Source: Octopus sinensis (lineage: Eukaryota). From it: DNA of 64,000 bases. A program made the position numbers and the translations under genes. The notes below the pieces were generated by a model. That model made no database searches. It had not been told where the DNA came from and was given only the letters and a program-made list of their open reading frames with translations. The stretch is taken from contig NC_043009.1 in NCBI RefSeq assembly GCF_006345805.1, positions 7,254,001-7,318,000 of the forward strand, read 5' to 3'. Of the stretch, positions 1-14,071 are shown piece by piece. How positions within the stretch are numbered: the first letter of the stretch is position 1; each line of letters begins with the position of its first letter.

Positions 1-600
1 ATTTTTTTTCCTCTGAATATTGGCCAACTATCCATGAAGCATATTAACGCACGTTCCTTATTTTTCAGTGTACGAAAACTATAACGTAATGTTTTAATTG
101 TTTTTCTTACTTTTCATGGTATACATCTTGCCAAGTCCAGATACATTCACGGACGCAATACTGTCGGCAGATTTATTGATTGGAGAAATATGCAGAGAAA
201 TCGACCAGAAGACGATATATTAAAATGGCTTGGCTCTTTGCCCAGTCAGATAAGGAGATAATGCAAACCGTTCAGATCTAAACATAAAAAAATAGTAACT
301 GGAACAAACGATAATATATGCACTCAGAGAGACGGCTCGGTTCATTCACCCCAAAACAGTAACCGGTAAGATTTGGATAAATTGTCAAAAAACAAAACAT
401 CTTCAACTTGGAAACAATCAGGATGTAGGGCAGGAAAACGAAGGAAGTACTAATTAGAAGTGAAGAACTAACGCTTGGCGAAGAGTATAAACAAATATGT
501 AGATACTATTGATTTCATATTTTAGCACAAGGCCGGCAATTTCGGAGGAAGGGATTCCATTACATCGACCTCTGTGGTCAAGTGGTACTTACATTTTAAA

Positions 601-965
601 ACCTAGTGCTTATTCTATATCAATATTTTTTCACGAAATGCTACATTTATAGGGACACTAACATACCAACACCGGTTATTCGGTTGTCAAGCGGTGGTGG
701 TGGGGTACATGCACAGACAACCCCGTAAATATATATATATATACATATACATACATGCATATACATACATACATGTGTGCGTGTGCGTGTGTGAGGGGGT
801 ATCCGTGTCCGTGTCCGAAGTACTTCTTTCAGTTTCGGCTTCTAATTCTACTCATAAGGCTTTGGTCGACCGAAACTCTACTAGAAAACATTGGCTCGTG
901 ATGTCATACAGTGGGACTGATCCTAGAACGATGCTGTTTGGAAGCAAATTTCTTACCACACAAAA
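601..965 (-). mobile_element. decayed copy of tRNA-derived SINE family B (CORE-like central motif, internal (TA)/(CA) tract)
   Basis: Colinear similarity to the full copy at 12227-12643 (cataaggctttggtcgaccg, cagtgggactga, cttaccacac). Confidence 0.7.
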
Positions 966-1090
966 CCCAAATTACAACCCCGTGAGAAACGTGCCAAACC
1001 CTTCACATGACACCTTCAATTAAATAGCACATCTCAAACAGTAAACTCCTTGCACACAGCAAATACTCTTAATAATTATTTCAAATTGTG

Positions 1091-1282
1091 GCCACAAGGG
1101 CCGCTTGGGGGAAGTGGGGATGAGTCGATTACATCGACCCAAGTGTTCAACTGGTATTTATTTTATCGACCCCAAAACGATCAAGGCAAAGTCGGCTTCG
1201 GTGGAATTTGAAATCAGAACGTGGCGAAATACTGCCAAGCATGTCGTCCAGCTTGCTAACGATTCTGTCAGCTCACCGCCTT
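1091..1282 (-). mobile_element. tRNA-derived SINE family A, monomer
   Basis: Minus strand reads ggcggtgagctgacagaatcgttagc (A-box-like) ... gttctgatttcaaattcc (B-box-like) ... ggggtcgataaaataaataccag; more partial copies at 524-597, 1630-1765 and 1870-2015. Confidence 0.8.
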
Positions 1283-2199
1283 CAAAAAATATATTCTTAA
1301 TAATGACACAAAACACGCAAAGCTAAAAGGTTATCTCATATACAAACATTATAACAGAAACCATATTTTACACATTCATCGTATACTTCAGTATAAATAA
1401 ATTTTTATTCATTGAGATAATTATTTATAATGTTCTGAATGATATTATTACCATCATATAATTCATAGACTTTGTGGCATATTTTAATGTAAAACCAAAT
1501 TGTTCATTTGTTCGTTGCACATTTACCTATCAGCAGTTCTTCGTTTTCCCTACTTATTGATAAAAATAGGTGCTGGTCAGTTTTTAGAATTTTTTAAACT
1601 GAAAGAATTAGAATAATTATTTCGTTGTTGCCCACAAGGGGCTAAACATAGAGAGGACAAACAAGGACAGACGAAGGGATTAAGTCAAATACATCGACCC
1701 CAGGGTGCAGTTGGTATTCATTTAATTGATCCCGAAGGAATGAAAGGTAATGTTGACCTCGGCTCTGCTATACCACTGTGGAAGATATCACCCACATCAT
1801 CAACAGTTGCCCAAAATGTCTATGAGGTACTACCTTCCTTTGAGGTAGGATATTGTTGCAAGGACCATTTACAATGCTATCCGCATGAAGGACTGCCCTG
1901 ACGTATATATGAAATGCATATGGGAACCAGCAGGTATTCTTAGCGATATTCCCTCTGCCTTTACGTTCTGAGTTCAAGCTCCCTCGAGGTCGACTTTGCC
2001 TTTCATCCTTTCAAACTGAAAGGCTTAATTATTCACAAATTTACAAACAAAGAATAATGGTGGAACAGCGCATTAGAAACATCAGTTCGGTGCAAACATA
2101 ACATACGTGATTTTGTTCTGTGGAACAGGGAACAAAATCATGCGCTGTTGTTGAAGTCAGCTGATCAGCAAATGTGAAAGTACAATCAAAAATCCAGGG

Positions 2200-2595
2200 A
2201 AGAAAGAACATAAATGACGAATTAATGTGGAACTTACAAGACTTGTACCTTGTCTCTGAATTCTCAATAGGTACAACAGGTTTATGTACCGACAAATTTA
2301 CACAGAACCATAGGAGAATTCGGATTCACGGAGAAAGAGCAAAGAAACTGAAGTGGATTCTCCAAATGAAATCTATTAATTGCGAAGTGATAATTGGTAA
2401 TGATATTCCAAAGATTCTTCATTTGAGATCCTTATGTGAAAAAATACATACGCTTAGGTACATGCATCGACAGTTAAATCGAACCACCAACTCAATCATT
2501 TATTTACAGAAACCAACAAATCTCTTAGAAAAGAAGTATTGTCACTCTGTTAGCGACCGGCTTCAACTGTCTGAAGAACTTAAATAAAACTCAAA
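2200..2595 (+). pseudogene. probable decayed Penelope-like GIY-YIG endonuclease segment followed by a hammerhead relic
   Basis: Frame-shifted translation gives NV-YK-TCT...NS-IGTT..TDKFTQNH and LRSLCEKIHTLRYMHRQLNRTTNS, which resembles PLE endonuclease C-termini. It is followed by aactgtctgaagaac...aaaactc (2565-2592), similar to the 9711-9740 hammerhead. By-eye similarity only. Confidence 0.4.
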
Positions 2596-2834
2596 GGAAA
2601 ATCATACATACATATATTCATACATACATACATTGTTTAATAACAGTTTGATTTGAGTTCATGCAACTTAGAGATTTGTGGGCTTCTAAAAAAAATAGAG
2701 AGACAGTCGGACAGATAGACAGACAGACACAGACAGATAGATAGATAAATAGATAAATAGATGAATACCTATATATGAAAATAAATATATCGATGTTTGT
2801 ATAAGCGTATATATATATATATGTGTGTATATGG

Positions 2835-2867
<33 letters not shown>

Positions 2868-2988
2868 TCGTACATATTTTGTTGTCTGAGGGGAGGTCAC
2901 AACAGGCAGAGAATTTCTTTCAACACAGAATTCCCATGACGATCATGCAAACCAGTTAATATACATATACATGCATATGCATCTATAT

Positions 2989-3037
<49 letters not shown>

Positions 3038-3879
3038 TATATATACACACATATATATATGTATGTATATATTGCAATATATATTTATACGTATACATAT
3101 ATATGTATATACCTATAATATAAATATATATACACATATGCAAGTCTCTCTCTTCCTTTCTCTCTCTGTCTCTCCATGTATGTACGTATGGATATATATA
3201 TATATACACACATATACATATATGTGTGTGTGTGCGTGTGGGTGGAGGTGTTTGTTGTGTGTTGTGTGTGTGTATGTGTGTGTGTGTTTGAAGATTTAAA
3301 TATTTTATGGATAGAAATACCTTCATAAATATTTGCTGAAGTAGGAAAGAAAGAGCGAACTGCAAAGCGACGACAGGAAGTATTTGCCTGTCAACTGCTC
3401 GACGGATAACTTATCTCAAAACATAACAACAAAGGTGAGAAAGAGGGTTAGATGAAGGAGAACAAGGTTACAGAGAAAAAAGATGAATAATTGGAATACG
3501 TACGCAATTTTTGGTAAAGGTCATACTTTCAATTAAAAGTGCTTCTGAAAATTGGCATTCATATCTTTTTTTTTTCAAAGTTAGTAATTATTAATTAATA
3601 AAACTGAACTGATGGTAAATATGATATAATGTCATCTGTTTTTATGGTATAAAGTTAAGATTAGGTGTCAGTTTTTAGAACAAGTTAATGATTTTAATAA
3701 TGCTAAGTTTGAGAAATCGTTAAGTTTTTATCTAAATGATTGTTGGTAGATGAAGGGAATATAAATTTATTTGTTTATATATTGTTATTTTTTGTTTTTA
3801 AATATAAGCACCATTAACATGTGCCACTTGGTACTAAATTCTTTTATCTGGAGCAGAGAATGGAACGGTTTAATCGAGC

Positions 3880-4024
3880 AAATCACACGCGAATTTTTTT
3901 TTTTTTTGAAGCCTGGTGTTTATTCAATCGCCAGAATAAACTGTTAGATTATTGGGACGCAAACAAACCACCACTGGTTGTCAAGCTGTGATGGAGGATA
4001 AACACTCATGCAACGCACACATGT

Positions 4025-4063
<39 letters not shown>

Positions 4064-4099
4064 CACACACATATACATACACACACACACACACACACA

Positions 4100-4132
<33 letters not shown>

Positions 4133-4148
4133 GTATATATATATATAT

Positions 4149-4186
<38 letters not shown>

Positions 4187-4310
4187 GGCAAGTTTCTGTT
4201 TAAGTTTCTGTCTGGTAAATCCACTCGCACAGCTTTAATCGGCCCGTGGCTGTAGCACAAGTCACTTGCCATACAGTGGAACTGAACGCAGAACCACGTG
4301 ATTCAAAAGC
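3880..4310 (-). mobile_element. decayed SINE family B copy
   Basis: aaatccactcgcacagctttaatcggcccgtggctgtagcacaagtcacttgcc...cagtggaactgaac matches the family B core. Confidence 0.65.
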
Positions 4311-5328
4311 ACACAGTCTCGCTTGCACCTACAGAAAAGAAATGGTGCTTTTGTACTGCTTATACCAATGCTTTTACTGCTATAATATTTTTGGTTGTCC
4401 TTAGACAGCGATAATAAAAACAGAAATTTCGTAGTTGCTTAATTGAATATATATATTGCCGCTTAAAATGTTAAGTTCTTTAATAATTGACTAAAAATTC
4501 GGTCAAAGAAATATAAATGTACTCTTAAGATATAATCATTAGTTTCACACTATATACGTTTTAGCGTAAGATATTTGTGTCCGGGCAAATGTTATATATT
4601 TTTAGGTAAACAAATTAGAGACGCTAGATTTATAGTCGCCTTCTAGAAAAGACAAACAAGGAATATATTTATTAATAAACTAGAACCTTTATATGCTCTG
4701 AACTACAGATAGAGATATTTTAATCTTCTGTCTATGCATATACTAAGAGCGAGTTTACGTCAAGCGATGTTAGGAGTAAGAGTCATGCCTCAAAACTAAT
4801 GGAAGAAATGTTAATATTTACGAAGTGAAGTAAAAAAAAAAGGAATAACGGCAAGCATAAGAAGTAAGAGAACATTGGAAAGGAATAGAATAAATTGGAA
4901 AGGAATGTGAAGAAACCGAAAGTAGGGAAACCCATAAACATGGATATAGTGATGCAGATAAACACGATTAAATTTTGTATTCATAAACATATATATACAC
5001 ATATAGATCTATATATATATATATATATATATATAGATATGCATATAGACACAAAAGCTAAATATATTCTGTAGCAAAAACAAATGTGTACAAGCATGTA
5101 AATGTTTATATATATTTACAAATAAATGTACTTTTACATTGAGTATTAAAAAATAAAGACGAAGGGGTAAATGCATAGTCTTTTAAAGTCAACAGCTGTT
5201 TCTTGGAGATCAAACTTATATAATAATTTTAATGTTCATAATTAGCAGATACAAAGTGCAAAAGGTCATGGGTGTGCAAGCCGATGATTGACGCATAAAG
5301 ACATTACCGTAACACAGACCTCATTCGT

Positions 5329-5368
<40 letters not shown>

Positions 5369-6896
5369 ATATATATCTATATATGTGTGTGCATATGTAT
5401 GTGTGTGTGTACCAAGCGTAAATGTGTATATTTCAATCACTTTCTCTTCATCAGCTCGCCTGGCTTTCTTTTATAGTCACTTTTCACTCTCCATGGATCT
5501 AGTCCGTCGATAAAAACCGTTTGAGCGCCCGTAATGTATTTGCTATATGGAGTACCTCTACATCTCACAAATTGGCTGAAACCTATAAGTATGCATATAT
5601 GTGTGTATGATGTATGTATATGTGTGTGTGTGAGTGAGTGAATGTGCATGTGTATGTGTGTATGTGTGTGTGTTTCTGTGTGTGTATGTGTGTATTTGAG
5701 TGTGTAAAGAGATCCACATACCATGAGAAAATATCAGCATTTTTCGCTAACTAAAATGAAGTCTGTCTAATTTGTAACAATTAAGATTAAGTCGCCGAAA
5801 TAGCAAAAACGTAAACATTATTATGGGATATAAGCTATGTCAAATATGGAAGCATTGTTATGACTTCTAAAATCTGTCTTACAAAGAGGTCTGAGAAGCA
5901 CCGACAAGGTTTTTCTAGTACACAGTAAGGCCCAACAAAATTAATTTAATCTAGTAAATAATTACATGAAGTGAGACTTAGGTCGATATAGATCGTTAAT
6001 GTTTATGATGAAGGGGTGGGTGTTGCTCTAGGGACATACCTAGATAAAAAGGTACGAGATCAGGTGTCGGTTGGGATGAAAGAACCGCGGATGAGAAATT
6101 CAGAAAGATTGAAGACATATCTGGAGAAAGGAATAGAGTGTTCGGTTATTAGCATTTCAACACTATCACAATTACTACCAACACCACCAGGATAACTAGA
6201 GTCACCGCAACTACCAACTGCTAAATATGTCGTTTCTCACTCATTACCGCAAGTTTAGAAATAATAACACTCGTAAAACGGGCGGCAATAATAACATCGT
6301 AACGACATCACTGGCGGCACCAATACGATCGCTACATCAACGCCATCAATAACCTCACCATCACCAGCAACAACAACAACACCGATACATGCACCGACTA
6401 TACAATTCCAAACGTTGAAAAGATACAGTTGACATTTCCAAAAATAATATTTACACAAATTCTACAGATATAGAACTTCAATATAACGCAACAAGAATCG
6501 ATCTCTTGTTTATCTCAGCGTATATTGTAGGTTTCCATTCATTTCCTTACAACAATGTCATCTTTGGAAAGAAATGTATACGTTATGAATATTTACATAT
6601 GAATGAATTTATATGTATATATATATATATGTGTATATACGTATGCGTGTGTATGTATATATATATATATGTGCATAAATATATGTGTGTGTACATGTGT
6701 GTATACTATACAAATAAATAAATATATATACATACATAGGTGTGTATGCGATAATGACTAAATGCATAGGCGTGTGTGTTTGTATGTAAGAGAGTGTGTG
6801 CATGCATGTACGTATAAGCTTGCAAATATGAGTGTATATATGTATGAATATTAATGCGTATATATACGAGCACACACACACACACACCAACCACAG

Positions 6897-6929
<33 letters not shown>

Positions 6930-7708
6930 CACACACACATATAAATATATATATACACTCATACACACACACACACAACATATATATATATACATATACT
7001 TATATACTTTCTATCATCTACATATACATACCAATTTGTAGGCGTATATACGTTATATACATACACATATGTAAACGCATACACATAAACAAATATAACT
7101 ATATGCGTGTTTGTGTGCGTATACACATATACAGACACACACACACACACACATACATACATAGAACCATACATACACACACAGAAACATATCAATGTGT
7201 GTATTTGTATGCACGTTTACATTTGTATTCATTTCCTCTTCATATTCATAATATGAACATTTCGGCCAACGGACAATTGAATAGTTTGTTGCATGAGCGA
7301 ACGCAGCTATCAGTGTTCGTACGCTAGCGTGCGTACGCGTGCATCTGTGTGTGGAACGCGTCTGATATAAACGAACGCATGCGTGTTGATACGTACGCGC
7401 AACTTTGTGAACGCTTGTGTACGGTGGATTTCACTGCTTATGTCAATGAGTATGCGTTAAGAGACATCTTTAAAGGCAAGTTATTCTTATTAAACAAATC
7501 AAGTTAAGCTTCGTGGAAGGGGTGAGTACAAATGACCAAAGGCCATCGAAAACAACATACAATTGCACATTGCTATACCAACTGCAGTTTCTCTCTTTTT
7601 ATCCTTCAGGTGATGTCTATTAATCTTTTCCACCGACTTGGTAATAAATAATGAAAATTGATCTTAACTCATTCTCAATTTCCCTCGCCCCATCCGTCTC
7701 CATCTCTT

Positions 7709-7739
<31 letters not shown>

Positions 7740-7802
7740 GTATGTGTATATGCATGTACACATGTATGCATGTATGTTTCTGTGCGCATATATATATGTA
7801 TG

Positions 7803-7838
<36 letters not shown>

Positions 7839-7901
7839 TAATAATTTGCGTCCCAATAATCTCTCTCTCTCTATATATATATATATATACACACACACAC
7901 C

Positions 7902-7972
<71 letters not shown>

Positions 7973-8289
7973 AGATAATAGATAGATAGATAGATAGATA
8001 GATAGATGATAGATAGAAAGATAGATAGATGGACAAAGATACTGTAGTTGTGTATAAATATGTGAGTGTGTGTATACCCTTGTTTACTTAACTTTCTTCG
8101 CCTTCGTACTCTCGCTCTCTATGTCTATCACTCTCTCTACCTCTCTTTCTCTCTAATTTATCATCTATTATTGTATTTATCTGTTGTTCTATCGGCATTA
8201 CACAAACGCTCAAGCACACACACATGCATTCACATACACATATGCACACACATAACTGGATACATACATAGAAAGCTAAAGAGATAGAA

Positions 8290-8319
8290 GGCAGGCAGGC
8301 AGGCAGGCAGAGAGACAGC

Positions 8320-8410
<91 letters not shown>

Positions 8411-8578
8411 GGAAAGTTGAGAGAGAGGCGGAGAGAGAAAAAAAGACAAATATATAGTAGACAGACAGACAGACATGTAGACGAGCATATAGACATAATG
8501 GCAGACAGAGATGTAGATGGGTACATAGACACAAAGAAAGACAGACAGACAGATAGACAGATAGACACATAGACAGAC

Positions 8579-8641
<63 letters not shown>

Positions 8642-8660
8642 TAGACAGATAGATAGATAC

Positions 8661-8726
<66 letters not shown>

Positions 8727-8727
8727 G
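8290..8727. repeat. compound (GATA)n/(GACA)n/(GGCA)n microsatellite
   Basis: Directly visible tetranucleotide runs; similar blocks at 29290-29480, 38150-38470 and 44340-44885. Confidence 0.95.
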
Positions 8728-9651
8728 GTGTGAATGATAATAAGAGAGTAAAAGCAAGTTATATGGATGTTTCTCTTCACATCTGTCATGTCAACTGAGA
8801 TATCCAGTAATATTTCCGAATATTCTTGCATCATAGATACTCCCTCAGGTGTTACTATCCAATTATCAACCTTGATATTCAACCAATCATCCCACTTCTA
8901 CTATTTCTACAGTCTTCTCATGCGCCAGGGCTAATTATTTAAGGAATATTTCGTAATGAAATTCTTTCGATTACGTCATCAGTCATGGAGTCACACTTCC
9001 TGTTATTGGTTGTTGGTGTTGGACAAACAGATTCTTACACGTTGGGGGAAAAATCTACTTCCTGGAAGCGGCTGGATCTTCGTCTGTTCGACAATCTCTT
9101 CCTTCTTCTCCTAATCCGAATTCACACACGCACATACATTCCACCAACCTCTTCCTCATCTTTCTCGTTCCCCACCTCTCTCTTCTCTAATTAATTCTTG
9201 TGGCAGCCCTCTATATACCTGTATTCTGTTATTTCTTTTATTTTCCCTTGTTTTGTATATTTTCCTAATCCTTTATATTGTTATTATGTATGATTCCATG
9301 TTCACATCTCTCTCTCTCTCCTTCTCTTTCACTCTCCTTCTCTATCTCTCTCTCTCTCTCTATTTCTCTTTCTCACACACACACATACAGACATTCTATC
9401 TCTTTTATTCCCTTTTTGTATCTCTTTGTGCCAGAGATACAATCACATACGAACAACTGCTTGTCAGTATTTCTTTCTATCAAATGTTATCTATCAATCG
9501 ATCTATCTATCTATCAATATATATATATTATATATATATATATATATACCGGAGTAAACACATAAATGTGAAACAAGGTGGAAAAAATAGTACTCAAATA
9601 CCAGTGGTAGAGTAATTGCTTTATTTTAAGCAGCAGAAAATTCAACAAAAT

Positions 9652-9689
9652 CTGTTACTCTGTGTTTCTCGTTGCCGTTCATCAGACAG
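9652..9689 (-). ncRNA. mirror copy of the hammerhead motif (one stem III mismatch)
   Basis: Reverse complement reads ctgt ctgatga acg gcaa cga gaa acac a gagt a acag. Confidence 0.6.
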
Positions 9690-9712
9690 TTTTTGCTAGA
9701 ATCTAGCAAAAA

Positions 9713-9750
9713 CTGTCTGATGAACGGCAACGAGAAACTCAGAGTAACAG
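9713..9750 (+). ncRNA. minimal type-I hammerhead ribozyme motif
   Basis: CUGU-CUGAUGA-ACG[GCAA]CGA-GAA-ACUC[A]GAGU-A|ACAG: stem I CUGU/ACAG, full catalytic core, GNRA-capped stem II (A.A at its base), palindromic stem III, GUA cleavage triplet. Confidence 0.7.
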
Positions 9751-10117
9751 ATTTTGTTGAATTTTCTGCTGCTTAAAATATAAGAAGTATATATATATAA
9801 TATATACGTATGTATGCATATATACACATGTTATATATATATATATATACCCATATACATACATACACATATATATGTATTTGCACACACACTCACATAT
9901 ATATATATATTTATGTATGTATGTATGTATGTTTGAACGTATATATGTATATATGAAGTTCAATGAGAAGTGTAAAGGTGATTTCTCAATTCTTTTTTTA
10001 AGGTTACGAAATCTTTCATGAGGACGTTACCAACTTTTTTCGTGAAAAATTTTTTTTCTAGTGTGTTAGTGTTTTTCTATAACGTTTTCAAAGATATTTG
10101 TTTACACACAAACACAC

Positions 10118-10155
<38 letters not shown>

Positions 10156-10394
10156 GTTAGCTGAGTTAGAGGTTAGACTAACCGTCTATGGGATAGAAAC
10201 ATCCATTACACTACCGTATATTACCTATGTTTAACCATGGACATACATTCGGAAGCATACTATGCTCATAAATTATGCTTGAGTTTATGGAGAATCAAAA
10301 TCTGAAATTATATATGTATGCATATATGTATATATATACATATATATATATATGTATATATATGTATATATATATATATATATGTAATATATAT

Positions 10395-10434
<40 letters not shown>

Positions 10435-10589
10435 TATGTATATATAATATATGTATATAATATATATGTATATATTATATATATATGTGTATATATATAA
10501 TATTATATTAAATTAGAGATAAAACCATATATATAGATATATATATATAATATATATATACATATATATATATTATGTATGTATGTATA

Positions 10590-10640
<51 letters not shown>

Positions 10641-11132
10641 CATATATATATATATGTATATACCATCTATGCTAGAAATAAGAGCCAACTCTCCAAACCC
10701 ACATATTTCTCACTGTAAACAAAACACGCAAGTTAATGTAGCGAATATTAGAATAAAACCCAGCCCTTTGCCTTTGTAAACCGCAAAAAAAGTACAGTCG
10801 TATCAGAATCAATTGATTACACCATTAGTGTGGTACACTTGGAATCGTCAGCTGAACTGTTTATAACTATTTTCTCAAAATATAAACACTCCATTAGCAA
10901 AAGGAAATGGCTGGGTTTTTTTTTATATTCGCTATATTAACCGTGCGTGGTTTATTTATAGTGAGAAATGTGTGGCTTTGAAGAATTAACTGTCCTTTCT
11001 AGCACAACTGGTATTATTTTATACCCTAATCGTTATATATATATCTAATGTAGGATAAAATTTTTTCTAAAAAATCTTTTTAGCAATGGCCAGCATATTA
11101 AAAAATACCATTTAAAGGTTAAATTATAAACA

Positions 11133-11323
11133 ACTTGTAAATAAGGGCAAACAAAAAAATTCCATTATTACCATATCGGTAATAATTGAATTTTTTAGTG
11201 ATTTCTGTCGACTTTTTTTTCGAGTAGCATGCGTACTGAGAAAAATTATATAGTAAATGGACAATATGTCCATTTTCGGCATATTTGGCATTAGAAATTT
11301 TTCGTTTGCCCTTATTTATAAGT
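11133..11323. mobile_element. MITE-like element with ~30-bp terminal inverted repeats
   Basis: acttgtaaataagggcaaacaaaaaaattcc versus reverse complement of gaaatttttcgtttgcccttatttataagt. Confidence 0.6.
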
Positions 11324-12226
11324 GATATATGTATATATATATATTATATATATAAATAATATATATATATATATATATTATATATATACGTGCGCGCGTG
11401 TGTGTGTGTGTGTGTGTATACATTTGTAGTATAAGATCTGAATCCACAGAATTGTGTAGCTATCACAGAAAGCTCTTCTAACGGTCCCGGCTATCAGAAC
11501 ACACATGATAATCCAATACAGATAAGTGTATTGCAGACTGCGAATGCAACTGAAGTCTAGAAGCTCCTGTCAATGAATTCCTTTGGGGGGCGGGGAGTGT
11601 TCAAGCCATAAAACATAAGGAGATATGTGAGACAAATATATATATCCAACCCTTGACATCTTTTAATTACGACCGATTCGCGGTCTTCTTCATGTGGTAA
11701 TAATATTAATGTTGAATAAATTATATTTACATATGTCCGTTAAAATACATACTAAGCATTGTCTAATAGAATTGTACATTCACAAAACACAGCAAATAAA
11801 GAAAGCTACTCATCAGATCACCAAAATATCGGAGTTACACCAACGATTCAACTCAAAGTGTACTTACGATGTTTTTTTTTTATATATACAATGTATGGAA
11901 GGCTGAAATAATTTTGGCATGGTCAGCAAAAAAAAAAAAGCTAACGATTTAACCTTTATTTGTATCACTAAAGCTGCAAGTATGGTTATATTATATAAAT
12001 TTGAATTAAACTCTAATGTAAATGTATTCATTTACAAGTGCATGTATGGGACATTTATATACTACATTGTTACTGCGGCAATAGCTGTCTAGTCGACATC
12101 GGGATTTTATTACTACAATTGCAGCAATTATTAACTTGATTAGATAAGATAGAGTCATCAGTCTCAGTTGGGTTAAGATGCGTGTTTGTGTTTGTCTCCA
12201 CACACCGCTTGACAACCGGTGTAGAA

Positions 12227-12643
12227 TTACTCCCTCTTTTACTCTTTTACTTGTTTCAGTCATTTGAACGCGGCCATGCTAGAGCACCGCCTTTTTAGTC
12301 GAGCAATCGACCCCAGGACTTATTTTTGTAAGCCTAGTACTTATTCTATCAGTCACTTTTGCCGAACCACTAAGTAACGGGGACGTAAACACACCAGCAT
12401 CGGTTGTCAAGAGATGTTGGGGGGACAAACACAGACACCCAAACACATACACACATATACACATATATATATATATATACGACAGGCTTCTTTCAGTTTC
12501 CGTCTATCAAATCCACTCACAAGGCTTTGGTCGGCCCGAGGCTATAGTAGAAGACACCTTCCCAAGGTGCCACGCAGTGGGACTGAACCCGGAACCGTGT
12601 GGTTGGTAAGTAAGCTACTTACCACACAGCCACTCCTGCGCCT
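12227..12643 (-). mobile_element. full-length SINE family B (tRNA head, CORE-like domain, internal microsatellite, (AAGAGTA)n-type tail)
   Basis: Minus strand: aggcgcaggagtggctgtgtggtaag...ccgggttcagtccc (A/B-box-like), ggcaccttgggaaggtgtcttct (CORE-like), tail gtaaaagagtaaaagag. Other copies at 15000-15210, 17500-17680, 22000-22190, 26460-26900, 28140-28620, 42760-43115, 54480-55050 and 63490-63645. Confidence 0.85.
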
Positions 12644-14071
12644 ATATTGTTTACGTAATTGTTTACGTAACTTAGCGTTTTGACATCAGAGATTAATAGA
12701 ATAAGTATTGAAGTCGATTCTTGCGACTAAAAGGCTGTACCTCACCATGGCCCATGTTGAATGACTGACAGAAATAAGCGATAAAAGGTACAGCAGTAGT
12801 TTTCACACTGCCTGAGCCGAAGTAGGATGAATTTAGTCAGGAACTAAAGTGCAAAGTGGTTATACTAGCAGAAGAAGAGGAAGTGTGAGAGGAGACCACG
12901 AGTCTTTGAGCCAAGGAATGTAAATGTAGAATGTACGGAACTGAGTAAACCAAATCAGGTGGGGCAGCGGTGGGTGCCCTTTTCTCTCTGCAATTTACAA
13001 TATTTTTATGTACATTCATGCGTGTGAGAGTATATATTTTTATTTAGAAATAAAGAGAAAGGGAGACACAGGCAGTTGTGTGTGAGTGAATGTGTACGTG
13101 CTGTGTGTGTGTCTATGTCTGTTGTCTGTGTGAGTGAATGAGAGAGAGAGAGTGTGTGTGTGTGGTGTGTGTGTGTGGTGTGTGTTTGTGTGTGTGTACG
13201 CGCACCTCTGGTATGTGTGTATGTAGGCGTGCGTCTGCAGAACCACTTTCCCAGATATAAACCCGATAAGCAATCGTGGCCGAAATCGGAACAGCAAAGT
13301 ACTAACAACACGAGGCGAAATATCAATAAAAGAAGATAAATAGAGAGTGTATCCAGATTAGAAAATATATATCATTATGAATTTATATATATCTATACCT
13401 ATCACTCTCTCTCTCTCACACACACACACACATACACACACATTCACATATATGTATATATGTATGTATGTATGTATGTATTTATGTATCTGTATATATA
13501 TATAATTATATATATATATATATATAATAACATATATCCCTGCGGGATTCAAGACTGGCCCTTTTGAGTGTCTGTGGAATTATTAACCAAAAGGTCAACG
13601 ATTCATATTTAATATAGGAAGTTTTTATCTTGTTTTCCACGCCATAACCTAAATAATTCAACTATAAATAAGTACCTTTGCGTTACGGATTACGAATGTA
13701 GACCAACAAAATACCGAATCATTAACAACAATGAAAGGACTGACCTAATTAATATCTACTGAATAAAATAACGGAACAGAAATATTAACTTATTTCTGTC
13801 ATCTAAATTTTCTGAATGATTGGTTTATCAACATCGCCGCAAGATCGATATTTCGACCTATTTATCGTATTTTTGTTCTATAATTCTATACTGGCTGTCA
13901 AATGGTTGTGTACTAGAAGATTTGAGTCGAGAATATTTGTGACACTTTGGTGACGAGAGTATATGACTACCCTGTACACTCTGATGACGTGGCAAATGTC
14001 CGTGTTTTGCCAACAAAATTGAATAGATTTATGCTATTAAAAGAAATATTTATTGATATTGTGCCAGATTT

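Larger units (their letters stand above)
9548..9780. mobile_element. Penelope-like terminal-repeat fragment folded back as a 159-bp palindrome
   Basis: Arms 9622-9700 and 9702-9780 are reverse complements with one mismatch (9663/9739) and a 1-nt spacer; the left flank accggagtaaacacataaatgtgaaacaa recurs at 56367. Confidence 0.7.
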
